A DNA stretch of 64,000 bases, taken from Geosiphon pyriformis uo1. Taxonomy: Eukaryota; Fungi; Glomeromycota. The DNA lies in assembly GCA_016748015.1 (NCBI GenBank), contig JAAOMT010000494.1, positions 364,190-428,189 on the forward strand, in the 5' to 3' direction. The notes under the pieces were generated by a model. The model worked only from the letters and a program-made list of their open reading frames with translations. It made no database searches and was not told the origin of the DNA. A program made the translations under genes and the position numbers. Below are positions 1 to 13,877 of this stretch, in pieces. Positions within the stretch are counted from its first letter, which is position 1. Each line of letters starts with the position of its first letter.

Positions 1-281
1 GTGATATGATAAGTTATAAAAGTCGATTAATCTTAGGAAGTCAATCAATGTCAAAGCCTATATATGGTAAGTTTTTTTATTTAGTATTATTTTAATAGGT
101 AAAGAACTTGTTTTGATTAAACGCCTTTTTTTCAGATTTGGAATATCCCAATAGCTCAAGTTATCTATTTAACTACTCAAGCTCTAATAAAGTTTACTTT
201 GATTCCTCTAAGTGTGAGGTTAAGTGTCTCCTTATCAATGATGCTGGAACTGTTGATAATATGCTAGAAAAAACTAATTAG
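1..281 (+). CDS. 3' end of an unidentified spliced gene (exons <1-66 and 136-281)
   Basis: A GTAAG...TTTCAG intron at 67-135 joins two open frames: DMISYKSRLILGSQSMSKPIY-D-LEYPNSSSYLFNY...DNMLEKTN*, with TAG at 279-281. No recognisable domain. Confidence 0.5.
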
Positions 282-1622
282 GCTAGGAATTTCTTGATAA
301 GCAAACTTCACTGCCTTTTCTACGTTCCGACTTCTAGAATAGTAATTTATATTTTAAATTATTCGAATTTTTAAATTCATTCAGCATTAAATAAAATTCT
401 TAATTCTTACCTTTCGGATATCTTTTGTCCTAGCGCGTTTCTACTCTGTATTCCATTTTTGATATTATTAGCGTAAATATAAGAATTAGAGTAATTTATT
501 AAATTCATCTATCTTTTGATGTCTTTTGTTCAGGTTGTTAAACAAATTAAAGATAAGTTTTTGAATGGTTTTATTTTTTATACTATTAAAACATTAAATA
601 AAGAAGTACGAAAAACCCAAGTTTATTTAAAAAAATGAATTTTGAAATTTAATTGATAAAACAAATACGTACGAATGTTAAAAAAGGAAAGACTAAAGTG
701 TTTAAACGCGATAGATGTAAACTTATATTAATGAAATTTTGCTTACGGGCATTGATCTAATCCGAGAGCCACATTTAATCAAGCCACGGTAAAAGATTAC
801 GTAACTACATGAGAAAATGAAGAATGTAGTAATTTCCTTTAAAATTTCAGTATTTTAGAAGGGTTATACACTATAAAAACAATCAAACTTTCGACAAAAA
901 AAATAATAATCAAACAACACCTTTTTTAAAACTTTGTATTTTTTAATCAGTTAGTCAATTATTTGGTTAGTTAATTAGTTAGTTACCTAGGTAGTTATGT
1001 GTTTCAAGTACATGTAGTAGTAATGAAAAAAATTTTCATCTGATCGGTATATTTTAAAAAGAAATATATTCCCTTGACCCCACCTAAATAACACTGGTCA
1101 AAAGTGATTTGAATTTCAAAATTGTGTTTTTCTAAATAAGTGGGTCCCATGATAGAAAAATAAAACTTAATTATAATCTTTTTTAATCGTTTATCCTTCG
1201 CTTTCTTGTTTCAATTTCTAAAAATAATTCAATTTAATCTAACGATATTTTATTTTTTGCTTTTTCAATATTGGTTTTACTTTAACTTTAAATTGAAATA
1301 ATGACTCAAATTAAAAAGTAAAGACTTATTTGGTTATTTTTAAAAAATATTGTTACAAAAATTCTAACACTAAATACTTTTTTAACTCAACTTCATATGT
1401 TTAATAATTGAAATTTCACAATTTATTATCAATGCTTACTATATGATTTTTATTTCAAAGTGGTATAATTTCTAACCATTACAAATATCTCTTGTTTTTT
1501 CAAAGTTCACGTTGATTAAATTAACGAAAAAACAAAATCTAACTAAAATTAGGCTATTAATACAATTGATAAAAAATTAAATACAAAAATGGTGGGACCA
1601 ACTCTATTTGTGTTGATCACCA

Positions 1623-4600
1623 TCATACTTTTCGCTTTTTCCTGCAACGGAAAAATAAATTTTCAATTTATTAAGATTAGATTTGAGATGAGGTGGTATG
1701 TTAGACAAAAAAGATGACTTCCTCTTACCTCAGATCAAAAAGAGGGTTGTCGGTCTTTTTTGATTGGGCATCTGCATCAATAGAGGAGATTAGGTATAAA
1801 TGGATTTTTTATGAATGAAAAAATTCTTAAGAGAGCAAATTACCTTCATTCGAATATGCTGATATATGTTGAAAATCGGTATCATAATGGTGTAAACGCT
1901 TGGGGCTCGATACTTTTAAGAAAAAGGAAATCTGAACATCCTAAATTGGAGACCGAATTATTGCAAACATACCTTGACTTGAAATTTTACCTGAAAAATC
2001 GCTATTTCCATAAAAACTACCATTTCCATCGTCCATTATGTCCCTAGAGCCCGATGATGGTATTAGTTCAAAATCCAGAGTGCCCATATTCCCATCATTT
2101 TCAGATTCAACTCGTTGACCATATAAAAGAGATTTTATTTCCGGCGTCAAACCGGTGTGTTGTTCCAAAATATGGTTGGTTGGTAGCTTTGGTGTCATCT
2201 TCTCGTTTGATTCGAACAAGTTATGTTGAGTCTCAGATAAACATTCATTGTCTGAATCCTCGGGAAAACATGAATTTCCTGAGTGATTTCTAGTCTTGTT
2301 GTACGAAGCAACATTTTTTTTATGATGCTCGGACTCTAATTGAATATTGGTGAATTCCTTTGTTATGCCTGTCCCGTTTCCAAAGTTGGAAAGTGGAAAA
2401 TTGTCTGGGGACGAAAAAATTGAAGCTTCTTTTGTAGGATTTAATGGGACTAATGGATTGTTCCCCATATAATTCTTTCCATGACTTTTTGCTTCTAATG
2501 AAGGATTTCTCGATGACCCATTTGAATTCGTCCAATTAGAGGAAATTGTGCTAAAACTATCAGTCGATGCGCGCTTCCCAACTTTTTTTGACGAACGGCT
2601 TTCTTTTTCACTACTCTCATATTCGATGATGTTTGCTAAGGAGCTAGAGCGATTGAAATTTTCTGAATTAACTTGAGACGGAATAGGAATCGAGCGGCTC
2701 TCGGATCCATCAATGGAATTTCGTCGGGTAACGTCAACGGATTTTATTTCAGGGAAATTGGGTATCGTTTTTGTTTCAATTCTTTGGTGCATTAAAAGGT
2801 GACGGTTTGCTATAGAAAAAAAAATGGAAATTTTTTCAAATCATGAATATCGATAGCTAATTACCTCCAGGTTTTAAAATCTGAAAATAAATATTCACCA
2901 TTCAAACTAATCACGGTCTCATGTTCTCGGCTATCTACCAAATCTATTAAAGGAATCGAGAAATTAACAAATGGGTTGAGATTTTAAAATATTTGCAACA
3001 ATCAATTAATACCTCCTGAGTACTGCGATGGGTTCTGAAGAACTTAAAAAAGGGGAATATATAAATAAGTTTAAAAATAGAATTGGAGATTTTTTGATAA
3101 AAAAAAACAAGTTATCGACTATAAAACAAACTTACTAGAATTATCTCGTGACTCTGTAAAATTTTGATCAATTGACACCTCACCACTCCCCTGACTGAGA
3201 AAATCAGGTAAAAAAAGTTCTCGACTTGTATAGACAGCTTGAGGATGCATCATTGACATTATATCTTGTGTGCCATATTTCTCTGCCCCTAGAGATTTGA
3301 CTTCTTTAACGCGATCCTGTTCGGTCACCTCAAAGTCTGCACGAATGACAGAGTTCATTGAATCGTTCGTTTCTAATTCGGTATACCAAGAGAATAATTG
3401 ATTTTTAATCTCGTTTATCGTGGGTCGATTCGATGGTAATGAATCCCAACATCGCTTCATTAATTGTTTATAACAACGAGGGATTTTCCTATTGGTTGTT
3501 GGTCTGTTTCCATCTAAAATTTCTAGCATCAGATAAGAATCATGAGCACGTAAAGAAAAAGGTGGTGAACCAGTAGCAATTTCCCACATGATCATGCCAA
3601 AACTATAAACATCCGAGGCCTTTGTATATTGTCCCCCTCGAAGAATTTCCGGTGCCATGTAAGGGATCACACCAAAACCTTTTTTATTTGAAGGTGATGG
3701 TGGATTGATAGGTTTAGACAGCCCCAAATCACCAATATAAGAATAATGGGTTGAAAACTGAAGGATATTCCCGGTGTGAAAATCACAGTGAATTAATTCG
3801 GCATCATGAATATTGCTGAGACCATTGGCGATATAATAAACCATTTTTAATCTTTGAGGCCATGTGAATGTGGCAAAGTTCTTCCTAATGTAAGTTCTTA
3901 AATCACCATATTTGGCCAAAGGCATCACCATCATGTAGACTCCGTCCGAATTCTGAGTAACGCCCATGATCCATATCACATGAGCATTATAATTTGACTG
4001 ATTCGCACTTTGATAGGCTTTTAACTGGAAATAAGTAGAAACCGGCTATTTAGCTAGAGACTAATTCAGAAAGCCAGAAAATATTTCTGAATTTTTAAAA
4101 AGTTGAACAAAATTTCATACCTCATTCAAAAGCTCATCATCATCCCCATCGTCGGTTTTTTTTAATGCCTTCAATGCTACAGCGTATTTAGGTCTTCGTA
4201 CCCATTGACTTTCACCTTTATCCCATTTTAAGATAGGACCATCTTTCCAAATAGCCGAATAAACAATGCCAAATCCACCTTCACCCAAGAACTTGATATT
4301 TTGAAATTGTTCAAAAGGAATCCATTCGATTAACTGATCACAATTATTAGCCGAATACTGTGCATCTTTAATTATCCTATCAATAGGATCGTTGCCGCTT
4401 GTCCATTCTTTAAATTGTAATTCAAGTTGTTTTAAAGTACAATTTTTGCAATAGTGAGGACCGTTAAAAGGTCTCAAGCATTGATTGCAAATATCTGTCC
4501 ATTCTATATCAGACTCGCCATTTTCCCTCAATGGAGAAAGTGATAATGGGGATAGGGTATTTGGATATACGGTTGATGTTGTTGAATATTCGGATTCATA

Positions 4601-4678
4601 GCCGGAATATGTTGATTCAATGTCGGTGTCTATCGTTAATAGGGGAAAGTTTATCATGGGATTTGAGATATCAGTCAT
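1623..4678 (-). CDS. Tyrosine-kinase-like (TKL) Ser/Thr protein kinase with a long Ser/Asn-rich C-terminal tail; 8 exons
   Basis: Kinase motifs GEGGFG, VALK, HCDFHTGNIL, DLG, APE and DVYSFG. The N-terminal CxxC..CxxC and WTSGNxxID segment is typical of expanded Glomeromycotina TKLs. Hand-spliced GT-AG exons stay in frame: 4678-4121, 4024-3136, 3042-3013, 2943-2899, 2809-1973, 1912-1844, 1771-1729, 1641-1623 (ends ...DLRKKRKV*). Confidence 0.9.
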
Positions 4679-7600
4679 TGTAAGAAGAGAAAGAATAATT
4701 TTTTAAGATTGAAATTTTGTCAGCACAAATATATTTGAATTTGAAAGGTTATTTTCAAAGTTTCATACATATGTTGCTAGTATATATATGCTCATCCGCT
4801 GTAGGTTCGGGTTCCACTCAAAGTTTTTAGATTTTTTTTCATTGGTTTTGGGAAATTACGATCCAACTATAGCTTCTTTGCTGACTAATAGTAATTGAGT
4901 GATTGGCATTCAAAAATGATTTTCAGAGAAGTATCTTCCAAAAACTTTTAAAAATTTTAGAATACCAAAAACTACCTAGGCACGAAACTGAAAAAAAGAT
5001 TTGCGAACTGCCACATTAACCAAGATTTTTTAAAAAAAAAATTAAAATAATGTATCTGCTTTTTTCATTGGAACCATTACTTTTTTTCATTCTTTAAAAA
5101 AAAATTAATTAATACATTTTAACAATTTGTCTGTCAAAATTTTCAAAAAATTAAAAAAATCTTGATATTTCATACATCTCAAAATATAATATTCATCTTT
5201 TCTGAATAAATACATACAATTATTAAATTATTTTATTTATTTGGAAAAATCCGAATTCCATTGTTTTATAAATGAATCTAGAATTCAAAGTGGTTTACTT
5301 TTCTATTACTGATAAGAAAAAGTGGCTTGAAAAAAAAAAAACATGATAAAATTTTTTATTTTTCAAAGGAATTCCAAGTTCAAAAAATATAACAAATTTC
5401 AGACAAAGCAAAGAAATAGTAAAATTTTAATTTACAGTACTTTTTAATTTAAAAACAAATTTAAGAAGTAAACAAACCACTTATTAACCAATTTTTTAAT
5501 TGATTTCATATTAAAAAAAAATTGGAAAACGAAATAATAGAATTTTTCAAACTACATTTGAATAGTTGAATACCAATAAAAATTCTTATATTCAGATTCA
5601 AATTTCAAGAATAAAAATTCAATCAATTCATCTTTTAGGATGATTTTTAGCGATAATTTAGAACAATTGTAGTTGGTGTTTAATAGTTTGCTCAGCCATC
5701 AACTCTTGATACAATAACCTGATTCTTTGGTTGGCAATTTAAAAAATAATAATAAATTATTCTTTGCATGTGGCTTCAAAAAAATTTACAAAATTAAAAA
5801 TATCTTAGGAACGTATTACTACCATATATATCTTGTCTTTAATAATTGATTCCAAATACTAGGATTTATAAATTTCTTGTTTCCTTTTGCTAATAAATTG
5901 ATAAATTAAATTCAGTGCAATAATGAAAATACATTTAAAAAGTAACTTTAAAAAAAAATATTGTCATTATATTATATAAGCCAAAAGCAATCAATTTTTA
6001 AAGTAAAAGAATACGGATGTGAAATTAACTCAAATGATAGCTTTTTTTTGAATACTACTATAATAAGAAACATTATAATAATAATATACTTAAATTTTAT
6101 AAAATATTGGTTTCAAAACCTTTTTGTGAATATTGAACAAAAATGTCAATGTGGAAAATTTAAGTTGAGAATTTTTTTACATCATGACCTATTTGAAATT
6201 TTATTATTCAAAAAAAAAAAAAAAAAAGTATTGGTTTGAAAAATGTTTTTGTAATTGATTAAAAATTAAAATCAAAATCTATAAAAATCATAATTTCTTG
6301 TTAAAAATTAACATTAAAGTTTCCTTTAATATTTCCAAAAAAACAGAAAATGGTTGTATGAACTATTTTTAATACTATATTTTTCAAAAGATTAACAAAA
6401 TTTTCTACCCAATTCATATTAGCATTTCATATATTTAAGAATTTAAAATTTTTTTTAAAATGATTTAAAAGCTTTTTCAATTCTAAAATATAAAACTTAT
6501 TTAAATAGCGTTTCTATTTCAACGACTTTTACAATTGTTTCTAAAAACATTATGCAAATATTGGTAAAATTTAAAAAATAAAAAATATTATATTAAAAAT
6601 ATTTATACACATGTAAAAAAAATTTAAAATAACGAATTATATTGTAAATTTCAATAATAAAAATTTTAAATTTTGGTTTTAACTTGAAAAAAACTTGAGA
6701 TCACGTAGATCATGCAAATACTCTGTTTTTTAAATATCACAATTCTTTAAAAAAATATCCCAACTAACATTTTACTTTTGATATATATATTTTATTTTTT
6801 AATTTTTTAATTATATATATATTTATTACTTTTTAATTTCCATTTTTTTAAATCAATTACCAATTGTTAAGTTTTACACGAAATTGATTTATATAATGTT
6901 TATCATTTTGTTAAAATTTAAAGCTAAAAATTAACAGTTTTTTTATTTGTTATAAATATTTTTAATATATAAGATTATGTTATTTGAATTTATTTAATAT
7001 ATGCTTATTTATAAACCAAATTAATAAAATAAAAATTACTTAATTATATAATTTTTTGAATAATTTCTGAAATTTTTAATAAGAATATTGTTTTAATATG
7101 AATTTGTTTATAATTTATAATTTTTAATAATTTTTAATAATATTTACTTTTATAATTATTTTATAAAATATATCTTAATTTTTTATAATTTAAAATTATT
7201 TTTAGACAATATTATAAAACAAACCAATTTTAACATTAAAGTTTAAATAACATTAATTATTTTGAAAAATATTTTAAAGTAAAAAAAAGTACTTAAGCAA
7301 ATAAAAGTATTGTAACAAAGTTAACAAAGTAAATTCACATATAAAAAAATGTAATAAAAAACATTAATTATAACAATATTACTAAAACCAAAAAAAGCAG
7401 TTTTACAAACAAAAACTAATTAATTTAACATTTATAACAATACTAATAATCAAAAGTTTGTTATTAAATAGAGCTTTAGTATTATTAAATAAAACAGTTA
7501 CCATTTACTTAAAATGTTTTAACCAAAGTTTTAGACAAATACAAGTAATGACACTATTATTAGCAAAAATTTAGGTCATAATTACTGTTAAAAACAAGCA

Positions 7601-7828
7601 AAAATTAAAACAGAATTATTAATAGTACCAACTGGAAGTTATTTGAAATGATAAAACCTTTTTTCAATAACAATTGCAACATTAAAGCTTTTAAATTGCA
7701 AAAATTATAATTGCATATTTTAATAACAATTAAAATTAAGTAATTAAAAAAATTATTTATATATTTAAAAATAAATTTTGATTTTATAGTTAACGTTTAT
7801 AACTTTAGGATTTTTAATGTTTTTAGAA

Positions 7829-10800
7829 TTAATTATTGATAATTTCTTGCTTAGGATTTCGTTTCCCCTTGTTCTTTTTAATTCCAGTTCTTTTGGCATA
7901 CACGATCTTAGTGGATGATGCGCTTTTCTGGCGCTTGGTTTCCGAACTTTCAGCTGTCTCATTGTCGCTTTCGTTGGTGATCGAATCTTTTGGCGATTTC
8001 GGGGAATTGTCTGAATCAACCTCCTGAACCAATTCATTAATTAGTTCGTCAATTTCCTCTTCATGCGACACATCTTCCTCATCTAGATCCATTTTTTTAG
8101 AAATTTCTTCGTCAACGATGTCCGGCATATCTTCATCTGAATATTGAGCTAGAAAAGATTTGGAAGATTTTCCATTGGATCTTTTGCGTTTTGAACTAGA
8201 AGGCGTCGGCGATTTAGATCTCGTGTGCTAGACATGAGTAAAGATATTTAAGTAGATAAAGACCAAGAAAGCTTCATCATTACCATTAAATTTAACTCAC
8301 CTGACTGCTAATTTCGGTTTCATTTTCAAAATATTCTTCCTTTTCCTCATCTTCAGTTTCTTCAATATTTTCATGATCCTGATCCTCTTCGGCTGAATCA
8401 CGATCGGCAGGAATATCCGAACTTACTGCGTTTCCCTCTAGATCACGATGTTTAAGATTGCCCATAAAAAAGGAGTCGGCTGAAAAGCCATTGTGTTGGA
8501 GCATTGCTTTTACTTGAAAAATCACGATTTCCAAAGACTTTTTGAGAGCGGGAACCATATTTGATAGCAACAGATTTTTAGCAACTTTAACATGGTTGCA
8601 GAGTGCCTAAATTAAGTGAAGACTTTAGTATCTCATTGGAAAATAAGCCTAGAATTCGCTTGGAAGATGAAAACGACCTGTAGATGGCGTGTTGCGGATT
8701 GAAAATGTTTGAAGATGCTCATTATATTATCTTGATGTGACTTAAGATGTTCATCGAGAAAAGGTAACACATTTTTTAAAAATAAATCAATAAAACCTCG
8801 ACCATATCTTAATACAGAAGCGAGAATACTGCGATGCTGATTACACAGGATGACGGAAACTAGCTCTTTCCAGCATCGTACACTCTTGGCAAAATATATC
8901 AACGTTTCCTCGGTAGACTTGAGGCTTAAGAATCGGTGCTCGCTCAGGCATTCTACTAGCTCTATTGATAAAGCTTTGCAAAAATCAGGATATGTATTTT
9001 TACTGAGTAACGGAATCTCTTCTAAAATCTCGTCGTTGCCTGCTGCAAGGGCAACAAAGTACTCTTTGAGATAATGTTCAATACGATCTAATTTATCATC
9101 GGAATTTTTGATGTCTTGTTGCACCAGATAAATAATTGACTGAGACCCTAATTGCTTCACATCATCCCATTGACAAGAAGCAAATTTTCGAGCCAATAAA
9201 CCTGATTTCGAGATGAGACTTGTGCAATTGGGGGTTATTTCTGCAATCTTATTGAGAATTTGATGAAACAATATGGCAATTTTACCGTTTGGCATGTTGC
9301 CTGCAAAACCCTCAAGATAATTAAATGCTGATATGCTAGCTTCTTCCAAAGATTCATGTTGCACATAGTTATGATCATTTGGAGAACGAATCTGTTCTAG
9401 CAGGTTTTTCAAAAAATTTTCGTTATCAGGACTTGTAAGGTCAGGCCATGAAATAACCCGATGAATTACTTTCAAAAGTAACTCTGAACATCTGTTAATA
9501 TTGTCAATGTCTTTTTGATCATCCAAGACCATATCGTCATCAGGTTCCATGGCTTTAATTATTGCCTCAAATTGCTTAAGAATTCGTGGGATTAATATGA
9601 TTATCTGATTGATAACTTCTAGTGCACTTTGTCGCGAGATCAAACTGAAGCAAGGTCCATTCTCAAATTTCTTTAGTTTTTTGGAAAAAAATGGAATATT
9701 ATTGGAGGCGAGTTTAAATTCGAGTTTCCTATCAAGATCTTCGAGAAGATAAATCATCTCATTTACTCCAAGTTTAGGAGCTTCAGAGTCCAGTATAATA
9801 TTTTTTCCGTTTGGATCTGACCTTGTATTCTTTATGTCAGTTTCCTGTGAATCGTCTACTTGCTGTTCTTTTGGCTTTACATTGCCGTATTCAATAATCG
9901 CAAAGAGTGACCAATCGAGCTCACGCATCAATGGTCGTAAATCTGCCAATGTTAAGAGTTTGGACCCAGGATCGCTTGATCTTTTAAGTTCTACTTCGTC
10001 ATTTTGTTCAGGCGCTTGCTTTCTCTTTCGATTGATAAAGGCTGAACGTCTCTTAACTCTACCTGGCTTCAGTATGGTGGCTTGAGCAGTATCAGTTCTC
10101 TCCAAAATCATTTTCCTCGGTTCAGCGCTAATTTGTTTTGAAGATGTTCCAAAGCCAATTGGCTGAAATGATGGAGCCTTAGGTAAATATTCTTCAAGCA
10201 TCTTCTCCATAGTCCCGACATTTTGCAACCTTGTGATTATTTTCCCTGCCCGATAGAAATATTGAGGAGATGAATATTGTAAAGATAAACTTTAGCTTAA
10301 TACCTACCACGAGATTCTTCTTCGTGAATGTCTCCACAAAAGGTATTAATGACCTCTCGAAACCTTCGAAACGGGCATATTAATAAAAAATTTAATAATT
10401 ATGAGTTGGCGAGTTAATGTCGAAGACCCAGATACTCGAAAACCTTTTCTTACCAATTGATGGCAATAAAAAGTGAATTACAGGCTGTATCTTGGGTGAA
10501 CTTTCCAAAATCCTTTTATATAAGATGGAGTTTTTCAATGTGAAGAATAATCCATGGTTTGAAATATATATGGGAATCAACATATATCTTACATCATCAG
10601 CATCTTTGTCGAACATAATTATGCCATCAGTCAATAAACCCCCAATATCGTCCAATGATCCACGCAAAGATTTTTCGCAGGCTTGCATCAATTTGAACAT
10701 TGAACAAAGGCATATAAGCCAATCCCGATTTTCTAGCACCCGGGGTTTGTGAGAATTCACGTGTGGGGCACTTAGTAAGGGATAAATATTCACATAAATT

Positions 10801-13800
10801 GAATCATGTCCCTAAAAATTGGTAAACGGGAATCTAATTAATTAATATCTACGTATAATGGTGAATAATTTAAAACAAACCATTTCTTCCATATGCATCC
10901 ATATTTCAATCGAGTTGTTTCCCTCTTTCAACGTTTCAATCTCGGAATGCTCGCTGAGGTAAGCATCTTCAAACCCTTCTGTCATTTTCTTTTGAATCCA
11001 ACTTACAAGAAAACTTTCAAAACAATTATTTGAGACAAAATAGGCGAGCTCGTCATAGGCCAAGGAAAGACATCTCTAAAATTGTGATTGAAATACAGAT
11101 TATATTTTTACCGAGATATTATTTTTGTACTTGGTAAATGTTCAATTTGCGCACCATTGATCTTGAGCAATGTTGATGAATCTTGTCAAGGTTTTCTGTG
11201 GCTGCCTTCATCAATTGACTACAAAGTTCTTTTCCTGTTACCAGATAAAATAATTGTTGGGTTTAGCGCGGGTACGGCCGCTCAAATTTGCTAATCTTTA
11301 AACATCTTTAATTCTAATTGCCTAATTACCTGATTTTGCGGCAGAAAAAATTTCCAACCGTTCAATGGTTTTTTTAGATCCTAATGTTCTTATCAACGCC
11401 AGAGCCCCAATGACACCAATTTGTTTGTATTTCTCGTCACTGCTAGTCAATTGTTTTTGAACAACGATCGAAAATTCCGAAAGCAATCCACCCCCGCTAA
11501 CAGTTCCATTACGGTCCTCAGTCGCATCCTAAATGTATTAATTGATATAATATCCGCCAATTTGATAAAAACTCATTCAGTAGATGTCAAATAGAAATCA
11601 AGATTCTCATATCTACCTGTAAGGCCAGAAGGCTAAATATATCAAATAGAATGCGAATCTGATCAACTGTCAAATTATCCAAATAATCCAATATTCCTTT
11701 GACAAAAATTGAGAAACGATTCATTTTTTCTGAATCTTCCTCAACCAAATATAATAATACAGAAAGGGCAGAGTTAACCTCAATAGGGGATCCACTGCCG
11801 ATATGTGTAACTAGGGATCCTACAATCTCTTGTCGATGATATGCTTCAAAAACCTTAAAGGAGCTCCGATACAAAGTACATGCTGAACGAGCAATTAAAG
11901 CTTGTTGCTTGGTGGTACGTAAAAGAACCTCAGATAGAGACAATATTGAATTAAAATATTCAAGCAACCCTTCCGCATGACAAGTGATAGTCTCCTCCAG
12001 CAGTTGATTGGTAAAAAGACCTCCAGCCAGTTTTTTTATAAAAAGTGATTCTACTTTCTTCTTCATATTGCTGAGCGAATGCATAATGATCAATACCAAA
12101 ATGTCGATTATTTTGTGATCCATCTATTATTATATTTTATAGAAGGCATTGTTATAGGAGTTTTAATCTTACTTTAAGTCAGAGGGCAGAAGTCGTACCT
12201 TACCGAAGTTTTAAGATCAATAATAGCCCTGAGCCACGCATCTTTAACAAATTTATTAAATTGAAGGCCTATTTTGATTGATTCTAATATCAAAGCTTCT
12301 GGCATTTGCTCTTTTTTTGCTTTGCCTGCACGTTTAGAGTAGTTTAGAGACTCATTTTGAGCCTTTCCAATTGTTCGGAAATCAAGTTTTCTCCTGATTT
12401 TCTGTATAACCTACGACAAAATAAAATTGTCAAAATGGAAGACATTCGTAACGAAGAGATTATGAGAGTCTCTAGATACATACCTCTTGTACGTCATCCG
12501 GTGTTACAGTCTGTAATAAGAATTTTACAACGATTGGTAAATCTGCTAAATCGGCGGATTCTAATTTATCGACTACCACTTCGCGAATTTCACTAATCGA
12601 ATCCTCTTCCAAAGAAAAATTGGATAGTGCGTCAAGAATGGGCACCATTAATTGATGATTTTGTACCATCAAATCTTTAAGCTCAGTTATAATCATCTTA
12701 TGATTGATAAGGGTAATTATAATTATGATAAAGCCAAAGTACTCAGCGAGAAACACTATTCCAATACCTTCTGTTCGGAATCATTGACAATTTCAGGCAG
12801 GCTGGTTATAATCTCTCGCTGGATACCAAGTGGTGTTATTGAAACCATCTACAGTGATGAAGGTAGGATAGAATTTCCATGAAATTTGAGTGCTGAAGGG
12901 AACCAAGCTCAAAACTTTACTTTACTTCTAATATTTTAGTCGCTAAGCGATCCGGTTCAACGACATATTCAAGCCATTTCAACTGTTGTAAAATCAGACG
13001 TGGAATAGGTGAATCTACATTTCTTTAGAAATGTATCAGTATAAACTTTGACCAAGTTAAATCAAACCAGAACAATATTTTTGATGAAAGAGCAGCTAAC
13101 ATACTCATTATCTAAATCAGGAATAAATTCCGGAAGCTTTTCAAGCAGTTGATCAATCAGTTTTGGCTGCAAAAAGTCAATCGATAGCAATGAACGTATT
13201 AAGCTTTCCCCGTTGTAAGTACTGTTTCCATGTTAATTGTGTAAGAATTTAAGAGTAACATTCTATTATTTTCAATCATCATTTTTCATTGGCATACTCA
13301 CAAATTAGTCGTTCCATTTGACAATGAAGGCAAAAGACATGTATGAAACTGTTCCAATTCTTTATCAATGTGCTCTTGCAACGATTGTAAAAAATGTTCT
13401 GGATTTTCTGGATTTTCTCTCAATTTTTGGATAAGCTCACGGCGAAAAATTGAAGGTTCAACCACTTTAGTAGTACAATATTAATAATTAATTGATAATC
13501 ATCTGTCATTTTATGATTCAAAAAGATAAAGCTAAAAACGAACGCTTTTTACCTAATTTATTTAGTTGATTATCAGTTCCAATGTGCAAACCGGCCTCAC
13601 GCGTCAAAGAATGAAATAAATTGTCCAACGCGTGACAGCTATTTAACCCAATGTCTTTTAACACGACCTTAGTAGGGCTATTATTTGCACTTTTCGAACC
13701 TGCGGAGGCAAAAATTTAGACCACTGAGGTTTGGTCCTTGTCTCGAATAAAACGCGCGTAATAAAAAACTTGAGAAAATACCTTGGGTCACTTCTTCAGA

Positions 13801-13803
13801 CAT
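7829..13803 (-). CDS. FANCD2: Fanconi anemia group D2 protein orthologue, ~18 exons
   Basis: The spliced translation contains FANCD2 hallmarks: QREIITSLPEI, RQEIVGSLVTHIGSG, FVKGILDYLDNL, IVVQKQLTSSDEKYKQIGVIGA (monoubiquitination-site region), NWFREVINTF, RELDWSLF, FQSATRHLQ and GNLKHRDLEG, followed by an acidic tail. ATG at 13803. All introns that I walked through are GT-AG and in phase. Confidence 0.93.
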
Positions 13804-13877
13804 AACTAGTTTAAAGCTAAAAAGAGAAAGGGATCGCGTTTCTAATAAATTAGATGATTCAATATATCTTTACGCGA
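13599..13877. promoter_or_regulatory. Cluster of ACGCG(T/A) (MCB/E2F-core-like) motifs around the FANCD2 start
   Basis: ACGCGT at 13599 and 13628, ACGCGCGT at 13752, TCGCGT at 13834 and ACGCGA at 13872. Function is inferred. Confidence 0.35.

Noticed and set aside
945-1000. TTAG-rich run resembling a telomeric repeat
   Set aside because: Short degenerate tetranucleotide microsatellite, not a TTAGGG array.
4700-7800. Short AT-rich ORF at 5961-6239 and a possible TE relic at ~6900-7650
   Set aside because: Low-complexity I/K/N/F composition with no motifs. The relic is too decayed to assign.
1811-12882. Plus-strand ORFs overlapping the kinase and FANCD2
   Set aside because: Antisense shadows of real minus-strand exons, with no independent motifs.
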